Origin: a virus
Taxonomy: Duplodnaviria; Caudoviricetes
Direction: 5' to 3' (one strand)
DNA length: 50,382 nucleotides
Virus record (IMG/VR): IMGVR_UViG_3300024996_000015
Location: 1-50,382 of that record
In this document: one piece after another, positions 29,048 through 38,928 of the stretch
Layout: the number at the start of each line of letters is the position of its first letter
How positions within the stretch are numbered: position 1 is the first letter of the stretch
The notes under the pieces: model-generated
What the model saw: the letters and a program-made list of their open reading frames with translations, nothing else
What the model was told of the DNA's origin: nothing
The model's database searches: none
Translations under genes and position numbers: made by a program

Positions 29048-30310
29048 TTAAGCCATCACATTTCTAAAAAGATTACCAAGAGAACGACTTCTAGCACTCG
29101 CAATATCTGCTGTAGTACCAAGATACTGTTGTTTAGCTCCGGGAAGATAACTAGCATAACCCTGACGTGCTCTTTCATTCATGCGAGCAAGTAAAGCTGG
29201 AAGTGTACCAGTACGCCCAGATTGTGCTAACTGACGAGAAGCAGTACGATAATCATCAGGATTAGTAAACTGACGTTGATACTCTTCAAAAGACATTGGA
29301 GCAAGTCCCTGTGACTGTCTTTGTAGTTTATCTGTTTGGTATTTATCATACAGAGCTTGTCCACCAGCCATTAATAATTTACCAGTAGTAGGAGCACCTT
29401 GTCCAAAAGTATTTTTAAGCCATTGATCTGATGTATTAGCCATATTTTTAATTGTCCCTCCTAAACCTTGTGGTGGATTATTAGGTGCAAAATCAGCACC
29501 TCCTTGTGATTGTAACATCTGTGCAGAGGTTGTTCCATCAGGAGCTTGTACATATCCTTGTCCTATATTATCTAAAGGACTCGTTCCAGTTGCAGTAGTT
29601 CCTGTAGTCTCTGGTGAGAAAGAATAATCAGAGGAAAGAAGGGGAGAACTAGAAGTCATTCCGGGGGTAGTTGAGAATTGATCCCCTCCAAAAGAAGGGG
29701 TAGTCCCCAATGCATTTGTATCAGTACCCATAGTAGATAATGAGAATGGGTCTGTTCCCGGAGTAGACATTTCACTTCCAGTAAGATTTCCAAGACTAAA
29801 CCCAGTGCCTTCAGCAGCATCAATTGGAGTTCCTACAGGAGCCGCAGTCTCTCCTAATCCAAATGTTTCAGCTCCACTAGTAGTACCTGCTCCTCCTAAT
29901 TCGCCAAGTCCTGCTGTAGCTCCTGTAGCACCAAGATCCCCCATCCCAGAAAGAGCATCAGGGGCAAAGTCTGCTCCGCCCTGTGCTGCAAGCATTGCTG
30001 CTTGTTCTGTCATTCCACCTGTCCCTGCTTCAGCAGTAGCTCCTACAGCATCCCCTAGTCCTGCCTTAAGAAAACCTCCTATAGCTCCGCCAGCGGCTCC
30101 CATAAGAAAGCCTTTACCAAAGGAACCTCCAGTAGCGGCAGCTAATGCTCCACCAGCAATGCCTGCTCCGATAACACCACCAAGTACTCCTACAGTAGTT
30201 CCTAACATTGCAGCAGCACCTCCAAGAAGAGTGCCACCAATAGCCGTCCCTGCTAGAGTTGTTCCTACGGCAGTACCAATTGCACCTACAACAACAGCAA
30301 CCAATGGCAT
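29048..30310 (-). CDS. DNA pilot/ejection protein (Gly-zipper N-terminus)
   Basis: Gly/Ala-rich hydrophobic N-terminus, low-complexity middle. Confidence 0.65.
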   Translation of the reverse strand: MPLVAVVVGAIGTAVGTTLAGTAIGGTLLGGAAAMLGTTVGVLGGVIGAGIAGGALAAATGGSFGKGFLMGAAGGAIGGFLKAGLGDAVGATAEAGTGGMTEQAAMLAAQGGADFAPDALSGMGDLGATGATAGLGELGGAGTTSGAETFGLGETAAPVGTPIDAAEGTGFSLGNLTGSEMSTPGTDPFSLSTMGTDTNALGTTPSFGGDQFSTTPGMTSSSPLLSSDYSFSPETTGTTATGTSPLDNIGQGYVQAPDGTTSAQMLQSQGGADFAPNNPPQGLGGTIKNMANTSDQWLKNTFGQGAPTTGKLLMAGGQALYDKYQTDKLQRQSQGLAPMSFEEYQRQFTNPDDYRTASRQLAQSGRTGTLPALLARMNERARQGYASYLPGAKQQYLGTTADIASARSRSLGNLFRNVMA

Positions 30311-30311
30311 A

Positions 30312-30833
30312 TTATTCTCCTAGTCCCAATGTCTGTTCAAATATTTTCATAGCATTCTCCTTTTGTTCTTTTGTTCTATTTAAGATAATGCCAAAGGATA
30401 ATTCATCAGCGAATGTACCATCTGGCATTTGATAACTTTGTTTATGTGTTCCTTCATGATCCCATTTACATCTTTTAGCAAGAATCTCTAATTCTGGGAA
30501 AGGAGTTCTAGTTTCGAGTTTCTGAATCAAAGTCTTTTCAACAAACATCTTAACTACTTTTTTAATTACCTTTGTGTAATCGAAGATAGAAGTATTAGGA
30601 CCACGAACAGAATCCATATGCAATACATAAGGAGTTTGGTCTGTAAAGAATAGAATAATCCCTTTTTCATATACAATATAGACTCTTCCTTCTAGACATG
30701 CTTCTTTAGTAAATTCTACAATATCTTCTACAGAATGTTTAGTCTCTTTATGGAAACCAAATTGTTCGCGCGGCGTAGCCAGAAGACAATCTGTTACCTC
30801 TTTAGGTAACTCCATTCCAAAATATAAATCCAT
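30312..30833 (-). CDS. GNAT-like protein of the podovirus tail module
   Basis: LAKRCKWDHEGTHKQSY resembles the GNAT GF..EG motif; position like P22 gp14. Confidence 0.5.
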   Translation of the reverse strand: MDLYFGMELPKEVTDCLLATPREQFGFHKETKHSVEDIVEFTKEACLEGRVYIVYEKGIILFFTDQTPYVLHMDSVRGPNTSIFDYTKVIKKVVKMFVEKTLIQKLETRTPFPELEILAKRCKWDHEGTHKQSYQMPDGTFADELSFGIILNRTKEQKENAMKIFEQTLGLGE

Positions 30834-30840
30834 ATTTAAT

Positions 30841-31344
30841 TTATGTTGCGGGCGTCTGGGCCGTAAGCACTCCATTAGTAAACGTCATACTTCCTGTAGT
30901 ACCACCCCCAGTAATAGGGGCAGTAGTAATCGTTACAGATAATCCACTTTGGCTGGCTGCTGTTCCTGCATCAGAAATAGTGGCTAGAGTTTGTGTTCCC
31001 GTATGGTTTGCTCTAGCTCTATCCGCAGCATGATAGTGGATAGTAGTATCACCATTATCAGTTAAGTCAGTCCATTGAGTAGCATTAAATGCTGCAATAG
31101 CTGTTGCTTGTGTAGAAGTTATATGGTATCTTTCTGTACTAGAACCACCTTGAAGATTAGTTAAATTCTGATGACTTCTATTTACAATATCTGTAATATT
31201 AGACCCAGTAAAATCAAGAAGAGTCCATTTAAAAGAAAGTGTTAAGTTATTAATCGCATCTTTAATAGAAATATACCAACTAGCCCAAATAGACTTATCT
31301 TGTGTAGTAAGAGGTGGAGGAGGTACTTTAACCCTAGTAACCAT
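30841..31344 (-). CDS. tail-associated structural protein
   Basis: ANHTGTQ repeat motif, MTFTNGVLT tail. Confidence 0.55.
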   Translation of the reverse strand: MVTRVKVPPPPLTTQDKSIWASWYISIKDAINNLTLSFKWTLLDFTGSNITDIVNRSHQNLTNLQGGSSTERYHITSTQATAIAAFNATQWTDLTDNGDTTIHYHAADRARANHTGTQTLATISDAGTAASQSGLSVTITTAPITGGGTTGSMTFTNGVLTAQTPAT

Positions 31345-31346
31345 AC

Positions 31347-33176
31347 TTAATGATCTCCAATTGAATACGTCATTTCAAGAGCTTCTAGACGGCTAGCTGA
31401 GTTATGTGTATATTCAATCTCCCATGCACGTCTTCTAGCTTTACCTGATCTCATAAAATATGGTCTATCTGTAATAGGTAGAGTTTTATCATTAGACCAA
31501 GTAACATAGTCATCATCTGACCAACGTAAGATGTAAGCACCAGAAGGAGCATCCCCAATTACAGTAGTTTGATGATAGAATTTATATGAATCAGTATCAA
31601 AATCCTGTTTAGCTAATCTAACTCTAGCAGTAATATCTACGTCAAAATCATTATACACTAATGGATCTAATTTGTAAAGTTTACCATTAGAAGTATGTTG
31701 AATAACTACAACACCCCCGGCATCACAAAAAGAAACAAAAGGAATCATTCCCCCATTATATTGCCATTCTGTCCATGTATTCTCTTCTACATCATAAACA
31801 AAGGTTCTATTTGCTGTGGGAAGATTAATAACAAATAACATGTGTCCTACAATACGAAATCCAAATCCAGTAATATTTGTAGTTGTATCTTCTAGATCAA
31901 TAAACTTCTCAATATATTCTGTAGAGATTTCCTTAGCATTACTACCATCCATTCTCCATACAGCATGTCCACCCATATCAGATTTACCAATAAAGATTAA
32001 GACTTTCTCTGATTGAAGAACAGCATTTTTATTCATACATCCAGTTTGTAGAACAAATGATTCGTATCTATCAAGGGGGGAATTAAAATCTGTAAGTTGG
32101 TTAGCTTTTGCTGAGTCATACATAAACTCAGTAGACTGTGTTCCAAAAGCTACAATAAAGTTATTCTGTCTAGCAAGACCTACAATTGGATCTGGATAAC
32201 TTTCAGCAGAAGCAAAATTAAGAGCACTCCAACTGTAAGGATTAGTTGAATCTGAATTATAGATATCTAAAGAATCTAAATCTGGAAGAAAAATATATCC
32301 ATCCATAAACTGAGGAGTGGGAATATGTGGAGTAGGAAATCCACCATATTGTCCCATACATTCATATGTAACTCCATCAGCAGATACAGTTTGACCCACT
32401 TCAATAGGCCAAGCAGGTTCAGAAATACCAGAAGCTCCATCAGATACAGTTACTTTATACCAGTAACTATTCTCATTGCCTGTAGTTGGAATAACTAGAT
32501 CTCCTACAGCATAGGCACCAGTCCTCCATCTAAGAGGACCTGTATATGTCCCAGATCTTATCCAAGATACTGTACCATCTCCAGTGTTAGTAGCAGCCCA
32601 CGTGGGTTGTACAGCCCCTGTAGTACCTCCAACAGTACAAGTGTAATAATATGTATCTAGTACTGTTGGAACAATTCTATCCCCTACTTCATAAATTGTG
32701 TTAGAAGCCCATTGTAAATGTTTATTATCTACTCTAGTAATTACATCATTTGAATCAATTGTCCAAGCATCAATTCCATCTGCAATGAATAGTCCTTCCT
32801 TACCAAAATCATCCTGATTAGTGTATTCAACTGCCCCACACATTCCAGTAGAAGTAGAAAGTACTTGCTTGGAAGTAGTTCCTTTATACAGAGTATTTCC
32901 AAATACTGACCATACTGCTCCATTAAAATACCAAGTACCTCTACCTTCTGCTGCACCTAATACTGGATTAGAATATTCTACAGTTCCCGGACGTTTTACA
33001 CAGAATAGTTTCTTTGTATCTGTTACTACATTCTTTGATGTCTCAATAAGATAATTAACAAAACGCTGGTCTTTATCTTGGTTTGTTGCTCGTTGTTGGT
33101 TATTTCCAGCCAAGGGAATACGAACAGTCTTCTTCGTCATCTGCCCGGCTGTATTTTGCCTTGGTTGAGTTGCCAT
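31347..33176 (-). CDS. tail nozzle / P22 gp10-like DNA stabilisation protein with inserted repeats
   Basis: KRPG N-terminus, DGYIF, NFASAESYPD, TFVYD..W, RWSDD. Confidence 0.8.
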   Translation of the reverse strand: MATQPRQNTAGQMTKKTVRIPLAGNNQQRATNQDKDQRFVNYLIETSKNVVTDTKKLFCVKRPGTVEYSNPVLGAAEGRGTWYFNGAVWSVFGNTLYKGTTSKQVLSTSTGMCGAVEYTNQDDFGKEGLFIADGIDAWTIDSNDVITRVDNKHLQWASNTIYEVGDRIVPTVLDTYYYTCTVGGTTGAVQPTWAATNTGDGTVSWIRSGTYTGPLRWRTGAYAVGDLVIPTTGNENSYWYKVTVSDGASGISEPAWPIEVGQTVSADGVTYECMGQYGGFPTPHIPTPQFMDGYIFLPDLDSLDIYNSDSTNPYSWSALNFASAESYPDPIVGLARQNNFIVAFGTQSTEFMYDSAKANQLTDFNSPLDRYESFVLQTGCMNKNAVLQSEKVLIFIGKSDMGGHAVWRMDGSNAKEISTEYIEKFIDLEDTTTNITGFGFRIVGHMLFVINLPTANRTFVYDVEENTWTEWQYNGGMIPFVSFCDAGGVVVIQHTSNGKLYKLDPLVYNDFDVDITARVRLAKQDFDTDSYKFYHQTTVIGDAPSGAYILRWSDDDYVTWSNDKTLPITDRPYFMRSGKARRRAWEIEYTHNSASRLEALEMTYSIGDH

Positions 33177-33211
33177 TAATATTTCCTATAATCTGCGGTA
33201 AAGAAGAAACT
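33176..33211 (-). pseudogene. orphaned original 3' end of tail adaptor gene (SFFFTADYRKY*)
   Basis: Matches current adaptor end SFWLTPDYRKY*; still TAATG-coupled to the nozzle gene. Confidence 0.85.
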
Positions 33212-33626
33212 ATTGATGCTTTTTGATGTAGTCAATTGCATTCTTAAGTACCTCAATGTTTTCATTACTAAATCCTAAAAGAGCATTACAATCATTACAA
33301 AGTAATTCTCTAACTTCTCCTGTGGTATGATTATGGTCTACTGATAGAGGTTTTACATCACCTGTCTTAGTTATCCTATGCTCTTCTTTTCCACAGATAG
33401 CACACCTATTCTTTTGAAATAAAAGTTTTTGAAAGTAATCTTCTGCACTTAATCCATATGTTTTCTGCAAATGATGTTTTCTACATCTAATTAAAATCTT
33501 CCCTTTATTCCGTTCATAGTGCTCTTTATTGCGAAGTAATCGTCTTTGATTATCTTCCTCTGATCTATTGGCATATCTATTTCTAGCATACTCACGATCT
33601 TTATCAGTTTGTTCTCTTTTAGCCAT
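33210..33626 (-). mobile_element. endonuclease VII-type HNH homing endonuclease inserted in adaptor 3' end
   Basis: YGLS, QKNRCAICG, LSVDHNHTTGEVRELLCNDCNALLG; TAATG-coupled start at 33626. Confidence 0.88.
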
Positions 33627-34342
33627 TAATATTTTCGGTAGTCTGGAGTTAGCCAAAAACTGCCTTCTTCTGTACCAAAACTCAATGCCTCATTCTTAAT
33701 GAGAATAGCTTCTTGCATTAACTGCTGTCTATCAGTAAGAGAGATTCCATATTCACCAGCTAGACGAGAAGCAAGGCCATACTTCAATGCTTCATACCAT
33801 TCTTGTGGGAAATCTGGATTATCAGTAGAAGCATCAAAATCTTCAAATGGTTTCTGATAAGTAAACTTAATCTGTTTATAACTTACAGCAGCACTGTTAG
33901 CTGGAGGATATACATATAGAACACCATTATCTCTCTGTGGATCATAATAGATCTGGATAGGCATCCCATTAGTAGATTTATTACCTAGACGAAGATATTC
34001 ATCACGAGTAATAATCCGCATTGGGATATCCACATTAGTTTGTGTATCATGTAGAATGGCCTGTGTAATCTTTAATGGTTTAGGAATATTTACAGTCTCC
34101 CCTAATCCAATAGTATAACTCTTGGTGTCAAGAGTAAGAGCAAGAGTGTACTCACTCCTAGCCCATAGAGCCATACCATCAGCTTGCCATGCCTTAACAA
34201 GCATATTAAGAGCATCACTAGCTTCAGATACTTGGTCTGCTGAAGGAGTTTCTCCAAGAGCTAAAGCACCACAAAGACGCAAAGCACCTTTAATAATATC
34301 ATCCCTTGTAATAGAGAAATTAGTGCTATTTGAAGTTGTCAT
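33626..34342 (-). CDS. head-tail adaptor (P22 gp4 / tail tubular protein A-like)
   Basis: DIIKGALR, LNMLVKAW, LYVYP, DFPQEWYEALKYGLA. Confidence 0.8.
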   Translation of the reverse strand: MTTSNSTNFSITRDDIIKGALRLCGALALGETPSADQVSEASDALNMLVKAWQADGMALWARSEYTLALTLDTKSYTIGLGETVNIPKPLKITQAILHDTQTNVDIPMRIITRDEYLRLGNKSTNGMPIQIYYDPQRDNGVLYVYPPANSAAVSYKQIKFTYQKPFEDFDASTDNPDFPQEWYEALKYGLASRLAGEYGISLTDRQQLMQEAILIKNEALSFGTEEGSFWLTPDYRKY

Positions 34343-34776
34343 GTTATTTCTTTCTTATGTAGCCAAGGACGGAACACAAAGGTTCTATAACCGCCTACAG
34401 GGTTCTTCCAACCATACATCCAGTATAACCTACCAACCACATGCCGATCGTACAGCCACGGCCATCCTCGTGAGTTCTTGACGGATAAAACCTCTTTCCC
34501 GAAGTTGGATGCTGGGTTTCGTACTGCTAAAAACCACCATTCATCAAATAAGGTAGGATTAGGGGGCATATGACTATTCCCTATACGACCATATAAATAG
34601 TTACCGAACCAAGTAGTCCTCCCATTCCATTTGGTTAAAAGAAGGAAAGGAGTTACTACCATCCCTATAAGCACTATAGGAAGCCAGAGAAACAAGAAGA
34701 TCAGAGTGCTGAGTATAAACTGTCTAGTTTTCATTTTTTCATCGGTGTAATGTCTGTTGTGGGCATCGTCGCGCAT
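34339..34776 (-). CDS. hypothetical membrane protein
   Basis: Hydrophobic segment, Trp-rich WWFLAVRNP; GGGGG SD. Confidence 0.55.
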   Translation of the reverse strand: MRDDAHNRHYTDEKMKTRQFILSTLIFLFLWLPIVLIGMVVTPFLLLTKWNGRTTWFGNYLYGRIGNSHMPPNPTLFDEWWFLAVRNPASNFGKEVLSVKNSRGWPWLYDRHVVGRLYWMYGWKNPVGGYRTFVFRPWLHKKEIT

Positions 34777-34793
34777 TGTTCCCCCTGTTTATT

Positions 34794-35459
34794 TTATGAT
34801 AACACCGCAGCCACTATTGGCCCCGTGCTAGCTGTAACTACATAAACCCTCCCAGCAGGAATTATTGCGGACATTTGCCCGCTGGTGTTAGCCGCTGTTG
34901 TTATACTCGCCACAGTAACCCCATCAACGACTAGGGATGCTGTTGTTATGGAGGCCGATCCAGTCACCACACTTAGTCCGATTGCTTTGCTAAGTGAGTT
35001 GGTATATGGTGTACCACTAACAATGGTGGCTGAAGCCCAGCTTTGATTAAGACCAACAGGGGAACGAGCATCTACATAGGTTTTAACAGCATTTTGTGTT
35101 GCTATCTTTGTATCACTAGTCCCAAGCGTAGTTGTAGTATCTAGTGTTGCTTTAGTAAAAGTATCTGTACCACTACCTACTGGAATTTCATTAATAGCAA
35201 TAGTTAGCGCAGCTACTCCAGCAAGAGTAGCATCATATGCCTGTACAGTAGTGCCTATAGCAGTAGTAGCAATCTTCTCACTATCAAGTTCATTAAGAGC
35301 TGCTTGTACATCAGTTGCAGCAATATTACCGGCAGGAGTATTTGCAATACTTGAAGCAGGAATAATAGCTGCTGCCGGGTTATAGATTGCATCATTTACA
35401 TCATTAAGCCAAGAGGCTTCAATTAGGGTTTCCCCGTCTACGAACGTAGTGCTCGCCAT
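34794..35459 (-). CDS. tail fibre-like protein
   Basis: IEASWLNDVN anchor, ATDVQAALNEL, VQAYDA, TQNAVKTYVD, YTNS..AI C-terminal domain. Confidence 0.7.
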   Translation of the reverse strand: MASTTFVDGETLIEASWLNDVNDAIYNPAAAIIPASSIANTPAGNIAATDVQAALNELDSEKIATTAIGTTVQAYDATLAGVAALTIAINEIPVGSGTDTFTKATLDTTTTLGTSDTKIATQNAVKTYVDARSPVGLNQSWASATIVSGTPYTNSLSKAIGLSVVTGSASITTASLVVDGVTVASITTAANTSGQMSAIIPAGRVYVVTASTGPIVAAVLS

Positions 35460-35477
35460 ATCTTATATCCTTCGTTT

Positions 35478-35810
35478 TTATAAATCACCCGGTAATTGCT
35501 TACCAGCAGTTGCACAACCACTAATCCCAATTCCAGCAACCCCAAATCTACTCATAGGAGTACAAGTAAGGGTATTTCCTTGATAAGACACAGAGGTAAA
35601 GATATCGGCTGGTCTTGGTCTTTGGAAGGGAACAGTAATCTTATCCTGTCTTACTTTAATGAAGTCTTGACTGTGTCGAAATTCAAAGTCCTTATCACAA
35701 ACGATAAAGCCATCCCACCTATGCTTAGAGTGTGAAGCCTTAATCTTCTTTCCACAGACATCACAGATAACCCAGTAGTCTCCACTTTTGTAGTTCCAAT
35801 CCTTACCCAT
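35478..35810 (-). CDS. conserved virion-module Zn-finger protein
   Basis: ICDVCG..WDGFIVC..RHSQ..RPR. Confidence 0.65.
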   Translation of the reverse strand: MGKDWNYKSGDYWVICDVCGKKIKASHSKHRWDGFIVCDKDFEFRHSQDFIKVRQDKITVPFQRPRPADIFTSVSYQGNTLTCTPMSRFGVAGIGISGCATAGKQLPGDL

Positions 35811-35849
35811 AGGTACTCCAGATTAAAGCAGCGTTAGCTGCGCTAACTA

Positions 35850-36116
35850 TTAGTATGTTTTTATCCATTGTAAAAATCCTGCTCCAAGGAAACCAACAAG
35901 AGTTAAGATACTAGACAGTATAAGACTACCTGCAATTTTCTCCTCTATCCGTCTTCGTCGTGCTTTTCGTTCGTGACGCTCTGCGATTAGTTCAGCTATA
36001 AACTCATGCTGAGAAGCATGTACTTCTGGATCAATCCAAAAGACATGTCCCCCTTCTTTCATTGCTTGAATTACTGCTTCTGCTATTTCCGCTGCATTTA
36101 TTGTTGTATTTGGCAT
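35850..36116 (-). CDS. small membrane protein (holin-like topology)
   Basis: Single C-terminal TM after basic stretch. Confidence 0.55.
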   Translation of the reverse strand: MPNTTINAAEIAEAVIQAMKEGGHVFWIDPEVHASQHEFIAELIAERHERKARRRRIEEKIAGSLILSSILTLVGFLGAGFLQWIKTY

Positions 36117-36149
36117 AATTCATGTAAAGATGTAAAGTAGTACTTGTTC

Positions 36150-36192
36150 AAAAAACCCGCTGGGGTGCGTATTGTTAAGTGGCGTGGCGGGT
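36150..36192 (-). terminator. putative terminator after tailspike
   Basis: ACCCGC...GCGGGT stem followed by T-run on - strand. Confidence 0.45.
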
Positions 36193-36226
36193 GTTGGTTA
36201 TCAATACAGCTTCGTGGTGTCAGTCA

Positions 36227-38059
36227 TCAAGACGATGACACGGTTTCCCACGCTGAAGACCCACCAACACGTAATTTGTTCAATGTGGTATCAAAATAGG
36301 TATAACCTAGCTTGTAAGTGGCAAGGGTAGTTGCAATCCTGATACCAGCGCCGTTCGGTTTTACAGTGCCAGAAGATACGGATAACGGAACATTGGCGAT
36401 CACTTCCCCATGCCATTCATTAGTGCCTCCGCCGATTGTCACAGCAGTTGTGCCGCTGTTGTGATACCAGTTCTTAGTAAACAGATACGCCGTGGCAGTT
36501 ATATTAACTCCGCCTCCCTGTGCACCAGTGCTACAGTTTTCGAGACGAATAGCGGGCGATCCACTTCCACTGAAAGTTACAAGCGATCCAAAACCACCGA
36601 CTAGGTATCCATTTGAAACAATAGCCGAAGTAACTGCACCATCCAGGCGCAACACATTACCTGCACCAGTAGCAGTCACCCGGTAGTTGTCCAGCAAAAT
36701 TTGGCCATATGTCGCGCCAGATGACATATCTATAACCGAAGACGAACCTGTGCCAATTATCGATTGAAGATCACGTACTTCAAGCTGCGTAACAGTTGAT
36801 GTTGCGGCTGCACGAACAATAGCTCCAGCGCCATTTGTGTTTGCGCGAACCCCGTTAACAGTCAACTTGTCAACTATGGCTGCATTGTTGATCTCAACTA
36901 ACGAACTTCCGGCAGTGAGTGTTTTTGCAGTGGCGTTCTTAATGCTCAATGTGTTTACATGAGTACCTTGCAACGGCTGTGCACCGGACAGGATAAGAAC
37001 GAATACAGGGGAATCAATGGAGCTTCCATGTAATCCATCAATTTCACATGTTTTTGTCACATACCCATTATTTGCAGTAGAGCCATCAAATTTCACTATT
37101 GAATGATTGACATGAAGCGGCTTAACGTTGATTATTCGTACTAGGCTGATATCTCCTTCAATCTGATTTGCTCCAGCGTAGGCAGTCCAACTAGGCACAT
37201 CACCAGTCGTAATGCCGATAAAGTCATCACCAGTGGTTCCAGTGAGGTTTTCAAACACAGCCTCACCACGCTGGGGGCCGATGATATGCCACCCGTCAGC
37301 ACCGTTTACGTAGGAGTAGCATGAACCATCCTTGCAATAGGTATCCCGCGTGTTGTTAAGGTTTCTTGAATATTTATAGTTATTGATAACGCGAACACCA
37401 TATTCTTTATAGTTCGCCATGTTCACCATGTTAATTGCGTGAGCATCTATAGTTCCGGGGGCTGTCTGGTTTGCTTGATCCCAGTCAAATATTCCGCCCT
37501 CAATCGTAATGTCATGGTCAACTTTCTTGCCGACAATAGTTCCAGTACAGGGTGAAGTAGCCGAGATGGTTTCAAGGTAATAAGTGAAATGATCGGCGTC
37601 CGTTACCGTCGCCACTTTCCACACACCCGCATAGTCGTTCTGCGCCATGCCCAGCACGGTGAAATAGTCGCCAACTGCCAGACCATGTGCAACCCAGTTG
37701 ACCGTTGCCAAGTCTGCGCTTGAGGTAATCCCGGTGATTGAACTCATTGCTCCGGTGGCGGTACTGTTCTTGACCAGCGAGCAGTTTGAAGAAGGGGCGA
37801 GTTTGATCGTGGTATTTGAACCCAAAACAAAGCGGGTATTGGACGGAATGACCAGGGTTGCGTTGACAAGGAAGGTTCCCGGCGTGGTCAGCGTAACCAG
37901 CCCGCCAGCAGCTAACGCGGTGTTGATTGCGGTGGCGTTGACGGATGCGGAAGCAGAAGGGGATGCTCCGCTAACTTCACCTGCATCACCTACCCCCACA
38001 TAAGCCCCGGCAGCAATAGCAGCAGGGCGGTACTTAATTAAATCTGTTAAAAAACTCAT
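36227..38059 (-). CDS. tailspike / depolymerase (pectate-lyase-like beta-helix)
   Basis: AINTALAAGG..PGTF, ITIEGG..D, ADGWHI, TGDDFIGI; higher GC than neighbours. Confidence 0.8.
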   Translation of the reverse strand: MSFLTDLIKYRPAAIAAGAYVGVGDAGEVSGASPSASASVNATAINTALAAGGLVTLTTPGTFLVNATLVIPSNTRFVLGSNTTIKLAPSSNCSLVKNSTATGAMSSITGITSSADLATVNWVAHGLAVGDYFTVLGMAQNDYAGVWKVATVTDADHFTYYLETISATSPCTGTIVGKKVDHDITIEGGIFDWDQANQTAPGTIDAHAINMVNMANYKEYGVRVINNYKYSRNLNNTRDTYCKDGSCYSYVNGADGWHIIGPQRGEAVFENLTGTTGDDFIGITTGDVPSWTAYAGANQIEGDISLVRIINVKPLHVNHSIVKFDGSTANNGYVTKTCEIDGLHGSSIDSPVFVLILSGAQPLQGTHVNTLSIKNATAKTLTAGSSLVEINNAAIVDKLTVNGVRANTNGAGAIVRAAATSTVTQLEVRDLQSIIGTGSSSVIDMSSGATYGQILLDNYRVTATGAGNVLRLDGAVTSAIVSNGYLVGGFGSLVTFSGSGSPAIRLENCSTGAQGGGVNITATAYLFTKNWYHNSGTTAVTIGGGTNEWHGEVIANVPLSVSSGTVKPNGAGIRIATTLATYKLGYTYFDTTLNKLRVGGSSAWETVSSS

Positions 38060-38068
38060 TTGTATTCC

Positions 38069-38305
38069 TTAGCTATATGAAAGAGAAGCACGATTATCCC
38101 AGATCTGGTCAAACTTAGACCCACCAGCAGCAAACTGCATAGTAGTTAGTGTACCAACTGCTGTAATTTTTTGTACTCTCCAACCAGCAGTACTAGTAGC
38201 AGTTCCAGGAATTGCTTCTCCAATATAGGTAATACCACCAACACCAGTAGCATCAACCAAAGTAGTCAATGCACCATCCCAAATTTTTACGACGTTCATA
38301 GCCAT
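38069..38305 (-). CDS. small virion/tail protein
   Basis: YIGEA.PG...WRVQKI...WDNRASLSY. Confidence 0.65.
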   Translation of the reverse strand: MAMNVVKIWDGALTTLVDATGVGGITYIGEAIPGTATSTAGWRVQKITAVGTLTTMQFAAGGSKFDQIWDNRASLSYS

Positions 38306-38365
38306 TATTCATTACTCCTTTTAGTAGAGCTTTCGCTCGGTATAGACGAGTGTTCTATACGACAC

Positions 38366-38413
38366 AAAAAAAAGAGACAGCCCCAGTGTTTAAATTCTGA
38401 AAACTGTCTCTCT
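38366..38413 (-). terminator. rho-independent terminator
   Basis: AGAGACAG...CTGTCTCT stem followed by a long T-run on - strand. Confidence 0.7.
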
Positions 38414-38461
38414 AAAGACTTACACTTTATTTCTTATTATTTCTAGTATTGCACTAGAAAA

Positions 38462-38878
38462 TTATAGGGTTTCACCCGGACCAGTAACGAAGTATTCGAC
38501 CTTAACAACCCAATTACCAGCAGAAGCACCAGTACCAGTTTCAGCATAGATACCATAGACATGCACATCAGAGGTCAGTGGAGTCATCATAGCAGTACCA
38601 ACTGCCTTACCACCAGCAGGATTATAACCAACCCCAGTAGCAGCAGTCTTAACATCAAAACCAGACATGTATTCAGTAGCAGTAGCACTAGAACCAATAC
38701 TCAGGGTACCAGTAGTAGTAGCATTAGAAGCCACATTACCAATAACATAAATACCAGTAATGACTGCATACTTTGGAAGAACAAAGAGTTCCTTAGCCGT
38801 TGTGTCAGCATAGCTCATAGCAGCCATTTTAACCTGACATTCACGAGGCTTAGGAAAACTCATATTAATTGTAGCCAT
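38462..38878 (-). CDS. capsid decoration/minor structural protein
   Basis: Beta-rich, directly downstream of MCP, AAGGAG SD. Confidence 0.6.
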   Translation of the reverse strand: MATINMSFPKPRECQVKMAAMSYADTTAKELFVLPKYAVITGIYVIGNVASNATTTGTLSIGSSATATEYMSGFDVKTAATGVGYNPAGGKAVGTAMMTPLTSDVHVYGIYAETGTGASAGNWVVKVEYFVTGPGETL

Positions 38879-38895
38879 TTATTTCTCCTTTAGTT

Positions 38896-38926
38896 AGAAG
38901 AAAGAAGCCCCGAAGGGCTTCCCTCT
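38896..38926 (-). terminator. terminator after major capsid gene
   Basis: GAAGCCC-TTCG-GGGCTTC followed by TTTCTTCT. Confidence 0.85.
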
Positions 38927-38928
38927 AT

